From Candidatus Poribacteria bacterium (lineage in GTDB: Bacteria; Poribacteria; WGA-4E; WGA-3G): a stretch of 64,000 nt of DNA. Where the stretch lies: positions 2,240,001 through 2,304,000 of the forward strand of contig CBDANF010000003.1 of the NCBI GenBank assembly GCA_965197475.1. The letters run 5' to 3'. The notes under the pieces were generated by a model. That model had not been told where the DNA came from and did not search any database. It saw only the letters and a list, made by a program, of their open reading frames with translations. A program made the position numbers and the translations under genes. This document shows positions 49,438-60,450 of the stretch, one piece after another; positions within the stretch are counted from its first letter, which is position 1; each line of letters starts with the position of its first letter.

Positions 49438-51363
49438 ATGAGCAAAGTAATTGGAATTGATTTAGGAACAACAAATTCTTGTGTAGCTGTTTTAGAGAGC
49501 GGCGATGCGAAGGTGATCGAAAACGCGGAGGGGAATCGGACGACTCCCTCGATTGTCGGTTTCACCAAAGAGGGAGAACGTCCCGTCGGGCAGGTAGCCA
49601 AAAGGCAAGCCATCACAAACCCTGAAAATACAATTTTTTCCATTAAACGGTTCATGGGACGAAAATATAACGAACTCGGAGACGATGCTTCCCGCGTGCC
49701 TTATGAATTAAAAAGCGATAAAGATGGTGACGTTGCTGTAAACATTGATGGCAAAGAATACTCGCCCCCCGAAATCTCAGCAATGGTTTTGCGGAAAATG
49801 AAGGGAACCGCCGAAGCGTATCTCGGGGAAGATGTCACACAAGCCGTTGTCACCGTGCCTGCCTATTTCAATGATTCTCAACGCCAAGCCACAGCAGATG
49901 CTGGCAAAATCGCGGGTTTAGAGGTTTTACGGATTATCAATGAACCGACTGCCGCATCGCTCGCTTACGGATTGCAAAATGAAGGCGACAAGAAGATCGC
50001 TGTTTACGACCTTGGTGGTGGTACGTTTGACATCTCTATTCTGGAAATCGGTGATGGTGTCTTTGAAGTAAAAAGCACAAACGGTGACACGCACCTCGGT
50101 GGTGATGATTTTGACCAAGCAGTTATCGATTGGATGGCACAGGAATTTCTTAGTAGTCAAGGCATTGACCTGCGAAATGATCAGATGGCACTGCAACGCC
50201 TGAAGGAGGCAGCAGAAACGGCAAAATGTGAGCTTTCCAGCACGTTACAGACTGATATTAACCTGCCATTTATCACTGTTGATCAAAGCGGTCCAAAACA
50301 CCTTAATCTAACACTCACCCGCGCAAAATTAGAACAAATAACAGATGATTTGGTAGAACGTTCCCTTGAACCGTGCCGACAAGCACTCAATGACGCTGAG
50401 ATGCAACCTGCCGATATTGATGAAGTTATACTCGTTGGTGGACAGACGCGGATGCCAAAAGTGCAGGAAGCCGTGCAGCAACTCTTTGAAAAGGAACCGC
50501 ACAAAGGTGTTAATCCTGACGAAGTAGTCGCAGTTGGTGCAGCGATTCAGGGTGGTGTGCTTGCTGGTGATGAGGAAGTCAAAGACATTCTGCTTTTAGA
50601 TGTGACACCGCTCTCACTCGGTATTGAGACGCTCGGTGGAATGTTCACGCGGTTAATCGAAAAAAACACCACGATTCCAACAAAAAAATCCGAGAAATTT
50701 ACAACAGCCGAAGACAGTCAAACCGCAGTTGATGTACATGTCCTGCAAGGTGAACGGGAGCAGGCAGTTTACAACAAAACGATCGGTCGGTTCCGACTTG
50801 GCGATATTCCGCCAGCACCCAGAGGCATCCCACAGATTGAGGTTACGTTTGATATTGATGCAAACGGTATTCTCAACGTGTCTGCCAAGGATACGGCAAC
50901 GGGCAAAGAGCAGAAGATTACAATCACTGCCTCCTCCGGTCTCAGCGATGCGGAAATTGAACAGATGGTGAAAGATGCGGAAGCACACGCTGAAGAGGAT
51001 AAACAGAAGCGGGAAGAAGTTGAGACACGCAATCGTGCGGATTCTCTGGTTTATGAGACAGAGAAAAACCTGAAGGAATTCGGTGACAAGGTGGACGATG
51101 CGACTAAGGAAAAGGTTAACGCTGGTGTTGAACGTGTCAAGCAGGCACTGGAAGCGAACAATAATGCCGAGATTAAATCTGCAACCGATGACCTGATGCA
51201 GATATGGCATGAGGTTTCAGCGAAACTTTACCAACAGGCTGCAGATGCTGACCCGGGTGCTGCACCTGAAGACACTCCTTCTGAAGATGCTGCGGATGGC
51301 GATGATGTCGTTGACGCTGAATACGAAGTTGTTGATGAGGATGAGGATAAGGATAAAAAGTAG
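49438..51363 (+). CDS. dnaK: Chaperone DnaK
   Basis: [34 protein letters not shown]; GGAG RBS before ATG 49438. Confidence 0.98.
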   Translation: MSKVIGIDLGTTNSCVAVLESGDAKVIENAEGNRTTPSIVGFTKEGERPVGQVAKRQAITNPENTIFSIKRFMGRKYNELGDDASRVPYELKSDKDGDVAVNIDGKEYSPPEISAMVLRKMKGTAEAYLGEDVTQAVVTVPAYFNDSQRQATADAGKIAGLEVLRIINEPTAASLAYGLQNEGDKKIAVYDLGGGTFDISILEIGDGVFEVKSTNGDTHLGGDDFDQAVIDWMAQEFLSSQGIDLRNDQMALQRLKEAAETAKCELSSTLQTDINLPFITVDQSGPKHLNLTLTRAKLEQITDDLVERSLEPCRQALNDAEMQPADIDEVILVGGQTRMPKVQEAVQQLFEKEPHKGVNPDEVVAVGAAIQGGVLAGDEEVKDILLLDVTPLSLGIETLGGMFTRLIEKNTTIPTKKSEKFTTAEDSQTAVDVHVLQGEREQAVYNKTIGRFRLGDIPPAPRGIPQIEVTFDIDANGILNVSAKDTATGKEQKITITASSGLSDAEIEQMVKDAEAHAEEDKQKREEVETRNRADSLVYETEKNLKEFGDKVDDATKEKVNAGVERVKQALEANNNAEIKSATDDLMQIWHEVSAKLYQQAADADPGAAPEDTPSEDAADGDDVVDAEYEVVDEDEDKDKK

Positions 51364-51404
51364 CAGTCCCAACTAACCCCTATTCTATCCAAGAGGTGTT
51401 ATTG

Positions 51405-52010
51405 ATGCCTTATAGCGAGTTTACCTTAGAATTGGTAATTCCGACGTTTCAACTGGAAAAGATTGACACCGTAGGTCTGTTTTCTGACGTAGAGACGGTG
51501 CCCCCCAGTGCATATCTCACAACAGGGTTGGAGAGAAAGGCATCATTAGCTACCGCTATCGGCACAGAGAAAGCACGGTCGGAACTGATTGTCGCTGATG
51601 TACTGGTTGAACTCCGCGAGCATTGTGAAAAACGCATCAGTTTCTTCTCTGGAATTGACTTCAATGTGGATGTAGAATCGGGATTAACAGGTGTGTGTGA
51701 TTTTTTAGTAAGTCTATCACCAAACCAATTTTACTTGGAAGCACCTGTCGTCATCCTTGTTGAAGCAAAAAATCTTGACTTGAAACTGGGACTTGGACAG
51801 TGTATCGCGGAGATGATCGCCGCCCAACGCTTTAATGCCGAGCAAGGAAATGACATCCCTATTGTTTATGGTGCTAGTACAACAGGGGTTGAGTGGTTAT
51901 TCCTCAAGTTGCAAGGAAAGTGTCTACATATTGATATGGGAACATATACAATTGAACGGTGTGACAGAATCCTCGGCATCCTCTCCAGCATGGTATCACA
52001 AAAGGCGTGA
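51405..52010 (+). CDS. Hypothetical PD-(D/E)XK-fold protein
   Basis: EKARSE, G.CDF...LVEAK...GLGQC.AEM.AAQ.FN...YG..TTG..W.F. Confidence 0.7.
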   Translation: MPYSEFTLELVIPTFQLEKIDTVGLFSDVETVPPSAYLTTGLERKASLATAIGTEKARSELIVADVLVELREHCEKRISFFSGIDFNVDVESGLTGVCDFLVSLSPNQFYLEAPVVILVEAKNLDLKLGLGQCIAEMIAAQRFNAEQGNDIPIVYGASTTGVEWLFLKLQGKCLHIDMGTYTIERCDRILGILSSMVSQKA

Positions 52011-52099
52011 TATAACGTTTGACAGTGTCTTCAATATCATAGAAATAATGTTTTGTTCACAAACCCACAACGCACAAATAATTACAAAGGAGAATAATA

Positions 52100-52392
52100 A
52101 TGGCTACTAAACATGACAAAACCGCCCAAAGTATTGCTGACCAGAAAGGTGCCGATTATAACAAGGGACCAGGTCCAGATATAAAGACACCTCGTCAAAC
52201 CATTGAAGTAGAAACGGGTAACACTATTGGTGACGCTGGTCGTCAACTTCAGGGCACAGAGGCCCTGTCTATGTCGCAGTAACAGATGACAAGGACATTC
52301 CTAAAGCTGTGGAGCGATACGATGGCACATCCATTGGTGTTATGGATTCTGCAGGCGAGGTTATAAAACCGTCATCACGTAAAAGGTCATAG
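52100..52392 (+). CDS. Small PD-(D/E)XK-like protein (~97 aa), frameshifted at G3 52252-52254
   Basis: AAGGAG RBS; GPDI...IEVET; one added G gives QLQGHRGPVYVAVT...SSRKRS*. Confidence 0.6.
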
Positions 52393-52435
52393 TAATTTTG
52401 ACAACAAGGGGTTGCATGCAAGTGTAGTTTTGATT

Positions 52436-54760
52436 ATGAACGAAGCCGAAACGCGTATCAGAAATATAGACCCAATGTTAAAGGAGTCTGGTTGGAGCGA
52501 TTCAAAGAACCCGGACGTACCGTCGTTTAAACGTGAACATTATTTCACCGATGGTAAAATAAAAGGCGAAGGGATACGCGGGAAAGCAAAACGTGCCGAT
52601 TATCTTCTTTACTACAGGCAACCCCATTTTCCTATTGCTGTTGTTGAGGCAAAAGCAGACTACAAACTTCCATCTGATGGTCTCCAACAGGCAAAAACCT
52701 ATGCTCAAATGTTAGGGCTTAAATTTGCGTATTCTACAAATGGTGAACTTTTTGTAGAGCATGATTTCATTTTAGGTGAAGAAACTAAATTTCACAAAAT
52801 ACCCTCACCGTCAGAACTTTGGAAACGTCTGAAAGAGCATGAGGGTTTTACTTCACAACAAGAAGAAGACCTTATTCTGTCACCGTTTGACCTCACTGGC
52901 GGCAAGACACCCCGATACTACCAACAAATTGCGATTAATAATGTTATTTCTGCCATTGTGAAAGATCAAAGACGAATTCTTCTTACAATGGCAACTGGAA
53001 CAGGAAAAACCACCACCGCCTTCCAAATCTGTTGGAAACTTTGGCAGCAGCGTTGGAATCTCAAAAGGAACCCGCGTCACCCGAAAATTCTCTACTTATC
53101 CGACAGAAAAATCCTTGTTGATGACCCAATGAATAAAGAATTTGCTGCTTTTGGTGAGGCACGGCATCGGTTAGAACATGGTGAAGTTGTCAAAAGCCGA
53201 GGTATCTATTTCGCGCTTTATCAGTCTATCGGTCCCAGAGAGAATAATCCTGGCATCTATCGCGAATACGAAAAAGATTTCTTTGACCTCATTATTGTTG
53301 ACGAATGCCACCGCGGCTCTGCTAAAGATGATAGTTTGTGGCGGGCAGTTCTGGAATACTTTGAGCCTGCGGTGCAACTTGGCATGACTGCTACTCCCTA
53401 TAATGAAGAAACCCGAAACACCTATCAATATTTTGGCAATCCTGTCTATATCTATACGCTTAAACAGGGGATTGAAGACGGATTTCTTGCACCTTATCGT
53501 GTTCGGCACGTTAAAACTACGGCAGATGCGGAGGGTTGGCAACCTGATCCAGGGCAAACTGATCGACATGGTGAAAGAATACCTGAGAGGGAGTACAACA
53601 CTGAAGACTTTGAAAATACGCTCGCTTTAAGACCGCGTACAGAAGCGATTGCTAAACATTTGACAGGTTTATTGGAATCTGATCCGTACGCCAAAACTAT
53701 TGTTTTCTGTGTTGACCAAGAGCATGCAGACACCATGCGGGAAATCCTCTCTAATCTAAACGCTGAGCATGTCCAAAGATACCCCGACTATGTGAGTCGC
53801 ATCACCGCAGACGAAGGTGATTTTGGACGTGAACGTCTTAGTCGATTCCAAGATATTGAGGATGATTCTGTTATCATTGTAACTACCTCTAAACTCCTCA
53901 CTACTGGTGTTGATGCACCGACAGTGAAAAATATCGCCATTGCACGCGGCGTTGGTTCAATGGTTGAATTTAAGCAGATGATTGGTAGAGGTACTCGTGT
54001 CTGTGAGGAATACAAAAAATTTACTTTTAATATTATTGATTACACAGGAGCTTCGTTTAAACATTTTGCAGACCCTGATTTTGATGGCGAACCAATAGAC
54101 GAAGATGAAGAGATTATAGAAACAGAACCCGATGGTAAGCAAAGCAAAGGTGGGAGAACTGGTACTACTGTTGAACCATCAGGAACACGAAAGTTCTATG
54201 TTGATGAAGGCACTGTGACAATTGCTGAAGATGGGGTTTATATTCTGAATCCTGATGGAAGTCAGCAACATAAAACTTATGTAGAATATGTTGGAGGAAA
54301 AATCATTTCTCTGTACAATTCTGAATCAGAACTTCGCAAAAAGTGGGTAGACCAGCAGTCTCGGAGTGAAATTATTGACGAATTGGAACAATTCAGTATT
54401 GAAAGAGAACAGTTAGTGAAAGAATTGCAACTTCCAGATGGTGACACCTTTGATTCAATTGATCTGTTTTGCCATGTTGCTTTCGGAGCTGACCTCCAAA
54501 CAAGAGAGCAACGCGCGCAACGAGTACGAACAGACACTGATTTTTTAAGTCAGTATACCGTTAATGGCCAGTTTGTGCTTCAGACATTACTTGATAAATA
54601 TAGTCAACACGGACCCGATGAACTGAAAATTCCCGATGCTTTACATGTTCCACCTATTTCTGAGTTTGGCAATATCCGTGAAATCTTAAAAGTATTCAAA
54701 GGAGCAAACCAACTCCGAAATGCTGTTGAAAAACTTCAGAAGTTGATTTATGAGGCATAA
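52436..54760 (+). CDS. hsdR: Type I restriction enzyme R subunit (EcoAI/EcoEI-like)
   Basis: RADYLL...VVEAK...QAKTYA, PRYYQ, MATGTGKT, DECHRG, GMTATP, LTTGVD, QMIGRGTR. Confidence 0.93.
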   Translation: MNEAETRIRNIDPMLKESGWSDSKNPDVPSFKREHYFTDGKIKGEGIRGKAKRADYLLYYRQPHFPIAVVEAKADYKLPSDGLQQAKTYAQMLGLKFAYSTNGELFVEHDFILGEETKFHKIPSPSELWKRLKEHEGFTSQQEEDLILSPFDLTGGKTPRYYQQIAINNVISAIVKDQRRILLTMATGTGKTTTAFQICWKLWQQRWNLKRNPRHPKILYLSDRKILVDDPMNKEFAAFGEARHRLEHGEVVKSRGIYFALYQSIGPRENNPGIYREYEKDFFDLIIVDECHRGSAKDDSLWRAVLEYFEPAVQLGMTATPYNEETRNTYQYFGNPVYIYTLKQGIEDGFLAPYRVRHVKTTADAEGWQPDPGQTDRHGERIPEREYNTEDFENTLALRPRTEAIAKHLTGLLESDPYAKTIVFCVDQEHADTMREILSNLNAEHVQRYPDYVSRITADEGDFGRERLSRFQDIEDDSVIIVTTSKLLTTGVDAPTVKNIAIARGVGSMVEFKQMIGRGTRVCEEYKKFTFNIIDYTGASFKHFADPDFDGEPIDEDEEIIETEPDGKQSKGGRTGTTVEPSGTRKFYVDEGTVTIAEDGVYILNPDGSQQHKTYVEYVGGKIISLYNSESELRKKWVDQQSRSEIIDELEQFSIEREQLVKELQLPDGDTFDSIDLFCHVAFGADLQTREQRAQRVRTDTDFLSQYTVNGQFVLQTLLDKYSQHGPDELKIPDALHVPPISEFGNIREILKVFKGANQLRNAVEKLQKLIYEA

Positions 54761-54783
54761 TATTTGCATCGAAAGGAAATAAT

Positions 54784-56997
54784 ATGACACAAAACCCAAA
54801 ACAGTTGCAACTTTTAGAGAAATTAGAAAACTCACAAACAACGGCTCAGGAGTTAAGTACCCTTATCAAGTCTGCCCGTGACATCATGCGTAAGGACAAA
54901 GGCTTGAGCGGTGAGTTGGACCGCATTCCAATGCTAACTTGGATTATGTTTCTCAAATTCCTTGATGACATGGAACATATTCGAGAATCAGAAGCTGAAC
55001 TTGCAGGCAAAGATTTTTACCCACTTATTGAAGAACCGTACCGTTGGCGAGATTGGGCAGCAGATGAAGGCGGCATCACTGGGGAGGATCTAATAAACTT
55101 TATCAATCTTGAAGAGGCAAATCTTCCAGATGGTACTAAAGGACAGGGACTTTTCCACTATTTACGTAGCCTCCGTTCTGCAGATGGGGAGGGCCGCGAA
55201 GATGTCATTGCAACTGTTTTCAGAGGAATCATTAATAGGATACAATCCGGTTACTTACTCAGAGATGTTGTTAACAAAGTCAACAGTATCCATTTTGATG
55301 CTTCTGAGGAAATGCATACACTAAGTCGATTTTATGAAACGATGCTTCGGGAAATGCGTGATGCAGCTAAGGGCTCTGGGGAATTTTATACGCCTCGTCC
55401 GGTTGTCAAATTTATCGTAGCTGTAAGCAATCTTCAACTCGGTGAAACTGTGCTTGATCCTGCTTGCGGTACTGGCGGCTTTCTCGTTGAGGCATTTACG
55501 CATCTTGAAAAACAGTGTAAAACCATTGCTGCTCGGCAAACTCTCCAGGAATCGACTATTTATGGGATAGAAGCTAAACCAATGTCTTATCTTCTCGGTC
55601 AGATGAATCTACTTTTGCATGGGTTGGAAAATCCACAGATTGACTTTGGAAATTCTCTCACTGTCAAGAGGTACAACGAAATTGGTGACAGTGACCGATA
55701 CGATGTTATCCTTACCAATCCGCCCTTTGGTGGTGAAGAAGAGGTTAGCGTTAAAAACTTTTTCCCAACCAACATGCAAACCGCAGAAACCGCGTTACTA
55801 TTTCTCCAGATCATCATGCGAAGACTCAAACGTCCCGAACGCAATAAAGGGAAGTCGGGACGTGCCGCTGTTGTCGTGCCAAATGGGACGCTTTTTGAAG
55901 ATGGAGTCTGTGCCCGTATTAAAGAAGAGCTTCTTACTAATTTCAATCTTCATACAATTGTCAGACTGCCAAAAGGAGTTTTCGCGCCATATACTGGCAT
56001 ACCAACTAATTTGCTCTTTTTCGATCGTGCCCATCCGACCAAGGAAATATGGTTTTATGAGATTCCACTTCCTGAAGGTCGAAAGAACTATACCAAGACA
56101 AAACCAATGAAATTTGAGGAATTCTCAGACTGTATCAATTGGTTCCATCCAATCACAGAACGGGAAGAAAATGAGTACGCGTGGAAGGTTAACGTTGAAG
56201 CTGTCTTGAAATACAATGAAGAAGGTCAGATTGCCTCCGCGGACTTAGATATCAAGAATCCAAACAGCACGGAAACTTTAGAGCATCTACCTCCTACGGA
56301 AATAGCTAACAGTATTATCCATAAAGAGCGCAACATTTTGGAATTAATAGAGGAAGTCAGCTCGGAATGTCAATCAGTTTACAGCGACGCTTTAATGCCA
56401 AACGAAGATTGGACTGTTAAATACATTAGCGAATTGTGTGAGAAACCACAGTACGGGTACACGGCTTCTGCCACGACTGAACAAATTGGACCTCATTTAC
56501 TCCGCATTACAGATATTCAAAACGGTTCGGTCAACTGGGAAACAGTACCTTACTGTGATTGTCCAAAGCCTGAAAAATATCTTCTCCAGAAGGACGACAT
56601 CTTATTTGCTCGTACTGGACCAACAGGTAAGAGTTTCCTTGTAGAAGAGTGTCCAACAGCCGTGTTTGCTTCATACTTAATTCGCCTTCGCGTTCGCGAG
56701 TGTGTCACACCACAATATCTCTATGCGTTTTTCCAGTCTCCAGATTATTGGGCACAGGTTTCAGCAAGCACCAGTGTGAGTGCACAACCTAACTGTAACG
56801 CAACGAAACTTGCAAACCTTAAAGTGCCAATTCCACCACTTGAACAACAGGAGAGCATTGTAACATATCTGGATGGTTTTCAGGAGCAAATGCAGGAGAA
56901 AGTAAATCGCATCAAAACTCTCCAAGCTCAGACAACCCACGAACTTGATAGGATTCTGCCTTCCGTTTTTGATAAAATTTTTCGGCAGGCTGGGTAA
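54784..56997 (+). CDS. hsdM: Type I methyltransferase M subunit fused to a single-TRD specificity domain
   Basis: ARDIMRKDKG, GEFYTPR, DPACGTGGF, TNPPFGG, then LLRITDI...DILFARTG...FASYLIR...AQPN...PIPPLEQQ. Confidence 0.9.
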   Translation: MTQNPKQLQLLEKLENSQTTAQELSTLIKSARDIMRKDKGLSGELDRIPMLTWIMFLKFLDDMEHIRESEAELAGKDFYPLIEEPYRWRDWAADEGGITGEDLINFINLEEANLPDGTKGQGLFHYLRSLRSADGEGREDVIATVFRGIINRIQSGYLLRDVVNKVNSIHFDASEEMHTLSRFYETMLREMRDAAKGSGEFYTPRPVVKFIVAVSNLQLGETVLDPACGTGGFLVEAFTHLEKQCKTIAARQTLQESTIYGIEAKPMSYLLGQMNLLLHGLENPQIDFGNSLTVKRYNEIGDSDRYDVILTNPPFGGEEEVSVKNFFPTNMQTAETALLFLQIIMRRLKRPERNKGKSGRAAVVVPNGTLFEDGVCARIKEELLTNFNLHTIVRLPKGVFAPYTGIPTNLLFFDRAHPTKEIWFYEIPLPEGRKNYTKTKPMKFEEFSDCINWFHPITEREENEYAWKVNVEAVLKYNEEGQIASADLDIKNPNSTETLEHLPPTEIANSIIHKERNILELIEEVSSECQSVYSDALMPNEDWTVKYISELCEKPQYGYTASATTEQIGPHLLRITDIQNGSVNWETVPYCDCPKPEKYLLQKDDILFARTGPTGKSFLVEECPTAVFASYLIRLRVRECVTPQYLYAFFQSPDYWAQVSASTSVSAQPNCNATKLANLKVPIPPLEQQESIVTYLDGFQEQMQEKVNRIKTLQAQTTHELDRILPSVFDKIFRQAG

Positions 56998-57028
56998 CTC
57001 CCAATCTTTATAAGTTTTATAGAAGGTC

Positions 57029-57910
57029 CTATTGATTTTTCTCCGCTTGTTTTCTTTCTTGAATTTCTTTTTCTATCTGGGTGTTTTCTTCAAAATTATT
57101 ACGGATTTGTTCTTTACTCCGATAATCCCCAGGGTACCACGTGTGTACAGGATAAACCGGCAGTTTCAAATGAAGTGATGTCCAATCATTATAAGGATAT
57201 TTCGCGAAAAATGAAATGTCAGTAAGTTCACTATCAAGAGGTTCTAAGCCAAAACTCAACACATAACCTAATGGGGGAAATGCAATCTCACTGGAGTAAA
57301 GACTTTTCGCGTAATTGTGCTGGTACTGACTGAGTAGGTTGTCCATTGTATCAAGACTTACTTCATCTGGATCGATCTCAATTGCTGATATTGATGTTCC
57401 ACCTGCATAACGCGCATGTGGACCAAGATTAAAATAAACTAAAATTCGTATGTCAGGATGCAGATAGCGTTCATTTTTGTCAAGAACAAACTTAACCAAG
57501 TCAGGATGGCTGAATCTAAATTGATCCTTGTTAACGCTAAAGAACATAGTGATAATCTGTTTAATCACTCGCAAAGGATAGATGTGAAATGGATAGTAGA
57601 GCGATGGACACCCCTTTGCATGTTTAAGGATATAAAGACTTTGGTGTGCAAAGTTGGCAAATGCATCTCCGTACCATGCACCAGTATCGGGATTGCATTT
57701 CTCGCAAAGCGTATAAGCACCAGCACCCCGTTGAGATATATGCCCCTTTCCATCAAAATAGTAGTCAGGATCCTTGTTGATAAGTTCAAAGATGTGTTTT
57801 CCTACTACGCGATGGTTGTTAAACGCTGCTTCAGGTGGCACATGCTCAAAAGATAATTTCGCATATATTCCACAGATACGGCAGATGCCAAATATTTTTT
57901 TGCGCGCCAT
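57029..57910 (-). CDS. HNH-like zinc-finger endonuclease-family protein
   Basis: CRICG...LSFEHVPP...TLCEKCN pattern; GGGGAG RBS. Confidence 0.65.
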   Translation of the reverse strand: MARKKIFGICRICGIYAKLSFEHVPPEAAFNNHRVVGKHIFELINKDPDYYFDGKGHISQRGAGAYTLCEKCNPDTGAWYGDAFANFAHQSLYILKHAKGCPSLYYPFHIYPLRVIKQIITMFFSVNKDQFRFSHPDLVKFVLDKNERYLHPDIRILVYFNLGPHARYAGGTSISAIEIDPDEVSLDTMDNLLSQYQHNYAKSLYSSEIAFPPLGYVLSFGLEPLDSELTDISFFAKYPYNDWTSLHLKLPVYPVHTWYPGDYRSKEQIRNNFEENTQIEKEIQERKQAEKNQ

Positions 57911-57930
57911 TCAAAATATCTCCCCCATCC

Positions 57931-58031
57931 TTAGTACTCCAACAATGCAATCCCCTCACGATAAGTCTGTGCGGATGCCTGCAAAGCACCTAACTCGTCA
58001 TCTGTCAATTCAATCTCAATAATCTCTTCAA
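57931..58031 (-). repeat. 101-bp duplicate of the mdh 3' end (58324-58424)
   Basis: Manual alignment gives 5 mismatches in 101 bp; includes the stop codon. Confidence 0.92.
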
Positions 58032-58035
58032 CCCT

Positions 58036-58287
58036 TCAATCCAACGCTTCAGTGTCGGCAGATTTCGAGATTTTTGGCTCCGCATTCGGTAGATCTGCGA
58101 ACCTATATTCGCCGGACTTTCGCATCTTTTCCTGTAATTCTTGATAATGCGCGACTAATTGACTGACATCGTGGTTAAATCGTGCTGATATTTTGTGCCG
58201 AATTTCGCGAACTTCCTTAACTATTTCGCATTCGATACTTTCTTCAGTTTCTATAATTTCTCTGTCTTTCATTGAAACCTTACGCAA
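58036..58287 (-). CDS. Small hypothetical protein (antitoxin-like)
   Basis: EIVKEVREIRHKISARFNHD...LVAHYQELQ; likely start MKDREII after AAGGT. Confidence 0.6.
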   Translation of the reverse strand: MRKVSMKDREIIETEESIECEIVKEVREIRHKISARFNHDVSQLVAHYQELQEKMRKSGEYRFADLPNAEPKISKSADTEALD

Positions 58288-58323
58288 AATTTCGCGATTA
58301 GCCCTTGTTATGATGTCAGCTGC

Positions 58324-59250
58324 TTAATACCCCAACAACGCAATCCCCGCACGATAAGTCTGTGCAGATGCCTGCAAAGCACCTAACTCGTCATCTGTCA
58401 ATTCAATCTCAATAATCTCTTCAATTCCATTTGCCCCGAGTTTAATCGGAACGCCGATATAGAGATCATCAATACCGTATTGTCCCGTAAGATGTGCAGA
58501 ACACGGCAGTAGACGTTTCTTATCCAAGATAATCGCTTCTGCCATCTGTGCTAACGATGCACCAGCGGCGTAATAACCACTTGTCTTGAGTAGATTGACT
58601 ACCTCAGCACCACCATCGCGGGTGCGTTGTGCCATCGCTTCAATCCGTTCTGCTGAAATCAACTGCGGAATTGGGATGCCGTTGACGGTTGTATAACGTG
58701 GTAGCGGTACCATCGTATCACCGTGTCCACCAAGAACGAGGGCATGGATGTCTTCAACCGATACGCCAAGTTCAAGCGAAATAAAATAACGGAACCGTGC
58801 TGAATCCAGCACACCCGCTTGCCCTACGACTCGGTGTGAAGGAAATCCTGATACCTTCCAAGCGTGGTAGGTCATGATGTCAAGCGGATTTGTCAGCATC
58901 AAGAGGATAGTGTCTGGTGAATGTTTCACCACATTTTCTGTGACACTCCGAACGATGTTGGCATTTGTTTGCAATAGGTCTTCGCGTGTCATCCCGGGTT
59001 TACGTGGAGAACCTGATGTGATAATCACTAAATCGGATCCTGCGGTAGCGGAATAATCAAGATCACCACTAATCGCAGCGTCAAACAATTCTATCGGTCC
59101 CATCTCTGCCATATCCAACGCCTTGCCTTGCGGGACTCCATCAACGATGTCTATCATGACGACATCACCAAGCTGCTTCTGAGCGATAAGAAATGCTGCT
59201 GTCGCACCGACGTTGCCAGCTCCAATTACACTAATTCTTTTTCTTGCCAC
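58324..59250 (-). CDS. mdh: Malate dehydrogenase (LDH-like)
   Basis: IGAGNVG, QGKALD, PRKPGMTREDL, TNPLD, LDSARF, GGHGD. Confidence 0.96.
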   Translation of the reverse strand: MARKRISVIGAGNVGATAAFLIAQKQLGDVVMIDIVDGVPQGKALDMAEMGPIELFDAAISGDLDYSATAGSDLVIITSGSPRKPGMTREDLLQTNANIVRSVTENVVKHSPDTILLMLTNPLDIMTYHAWKVSGFPSHRVVGQAGVLDSARFRYFISLELGVSVEDIHALVLGGHGDTMVPLPRYTTVNGIPIPQLISAERIEAMAQRTRDGGAEVVNLLKTSGYYAAGASLAQMAEAIILDKKRLLPCSAHLTGQYGIDDLYIGVPIKLGANGIEEIIEIELTDDELGALQASAQTYRAGIALLGY

Positions 59251-59356
59251 TTCTTCCTCCGTTTTGGAAATACATACTAGAAATTAGAAAAAATTACACA
59301 ATACATCCAGTTTCAATGAACATAAGTCCACTCACAATTCCTCATGTCGCTTTATG

Positions 59357-60448
59357 TTATTGCTTGATAACAAAAACTACATCCGCTTCGGTTGAGTAAG
59401 TTTCTCCCTCCCAGTAGAAGTCAAGTTGAAAACCCACATCTGAATCAACTTTTTCCAGATAATTGGTTACGTATTTAGAAATTAAAGACCTAGCTCTTTT
59501 TAACTTCCACGAATCAAAAAAGTTGCTTTTATCTACCAACACTAAAAATAACCGATTTGAAGCATCAAAACGCCGCACGCCTTGATTTTCATAAAACCAT
59601 CGTCCTAGTGGTTTAGGATCCGCGATAGATATGTTTAATAACTCTTCCCTACATGCGTGTAGTTCACTTATCAATTCGCGCGCCTTATCACTGGGATTGT
59701 CATCAAGTTTACGCCGTAAATCAGGAATTAGGACTGATTCCGGAACAGATACGTCAAAACCAATATTCAGTTTTCGCGCTAAGCCTTTCATTAAGGTCAA
59801 CTCAGGACGTAATCCATTATCCTTTCGATAGTCTTTTATGTAGCCTTCAGGTAAGTATGTGACTTTCAAATCAAACGGTTTATTATTTACAAAAAAGTCG
59901 ATTTTCTTAATCTGTCCTACTGCTGGAATTACGTTCACATGTTCCTTAAAAATGTCCTCAATAATGATGGAAGTCCAATGGTTGTACCATGAAGCTAATA
60001 CGTAAGCGCGTAAACTATTGTGAAGATCTCCTTCTATTGCATCATACAATGAATCATAAGAAGTTATCTTCTTCACATATCTGTTTACAATAGTCGTTTC
60101 CAAACTGTTTTGATGTAAACCGCCCCATTCAAAAGACTGAACTTTGTACAACTCATTTATCAATTGCGATTCGTTTTCACGGCGTGCTTTTCGATCTTTT
60201 TCAAACAATTCTTGTATAGTGTCGTTTATATTTTCCGAATGTAGGTCTGAATCATAAATTAACTCTAACTTCTCATTGATTAACTTGCTGTTTCCTAACT
60301 CTATTCCAAATTTATTGATAAGGTAATCAAGATACTCTTTTCGTGAGAGCGAACGCAGTTTTAAAAATCGCATTCCCTCATCTGTTGCGGAGAGTTCGCG
60401 AATTTTATCATTCTTGAACAGACTCACAGCAGTACTAAAATCCAACAT
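59357..60448 (-). CDS. Probable type II restriction endonuclease
   Basis: IDFF...PFDLKVT PD-(D/E)XK motif; starts 2 bp after the methyltransferase stop. Confidence 0.75.
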   Translation of the reverse strand: MLDFSTAVSLFKNDKIRELSATDEGMRFLKLRSLSRKEYLDYLINKFGIELGNSKLINEKLELIYDSDLHSENINDTIQELFEKDRKARRENESQLINELYKVQSFEWGGLHQNSLETTIVNRYVKKITSYDSLYDAIEGDLHNSLRAYVLASWYNHWTSIIIEDIFKEHVNVIPAVGQIKKIDFFVNNKPFDLKVTYLPEGYIKDYRKDNGLRPELTLMKGLARKLNIGFDVSVPESVLIPDLRRKLDDNPSDKARELISELHACREELLNISIADPKPLGRWFYENQGVRRFDASNRLFLVLVDKSNFFDSWKLKRARSLISKYVTNYLEKVDSDVGFQLDFYWEGETYSTEADVVFVIKQ

Positions 60449-60450
60449 CT

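Noticed and set aside
57931-58424. Diversity-generating retroelement TR/VR pair
   Set aside because: No reverse transcriptase in the window, the mismatches are not adenine-specific, and the target is a housekeeping enzyme.
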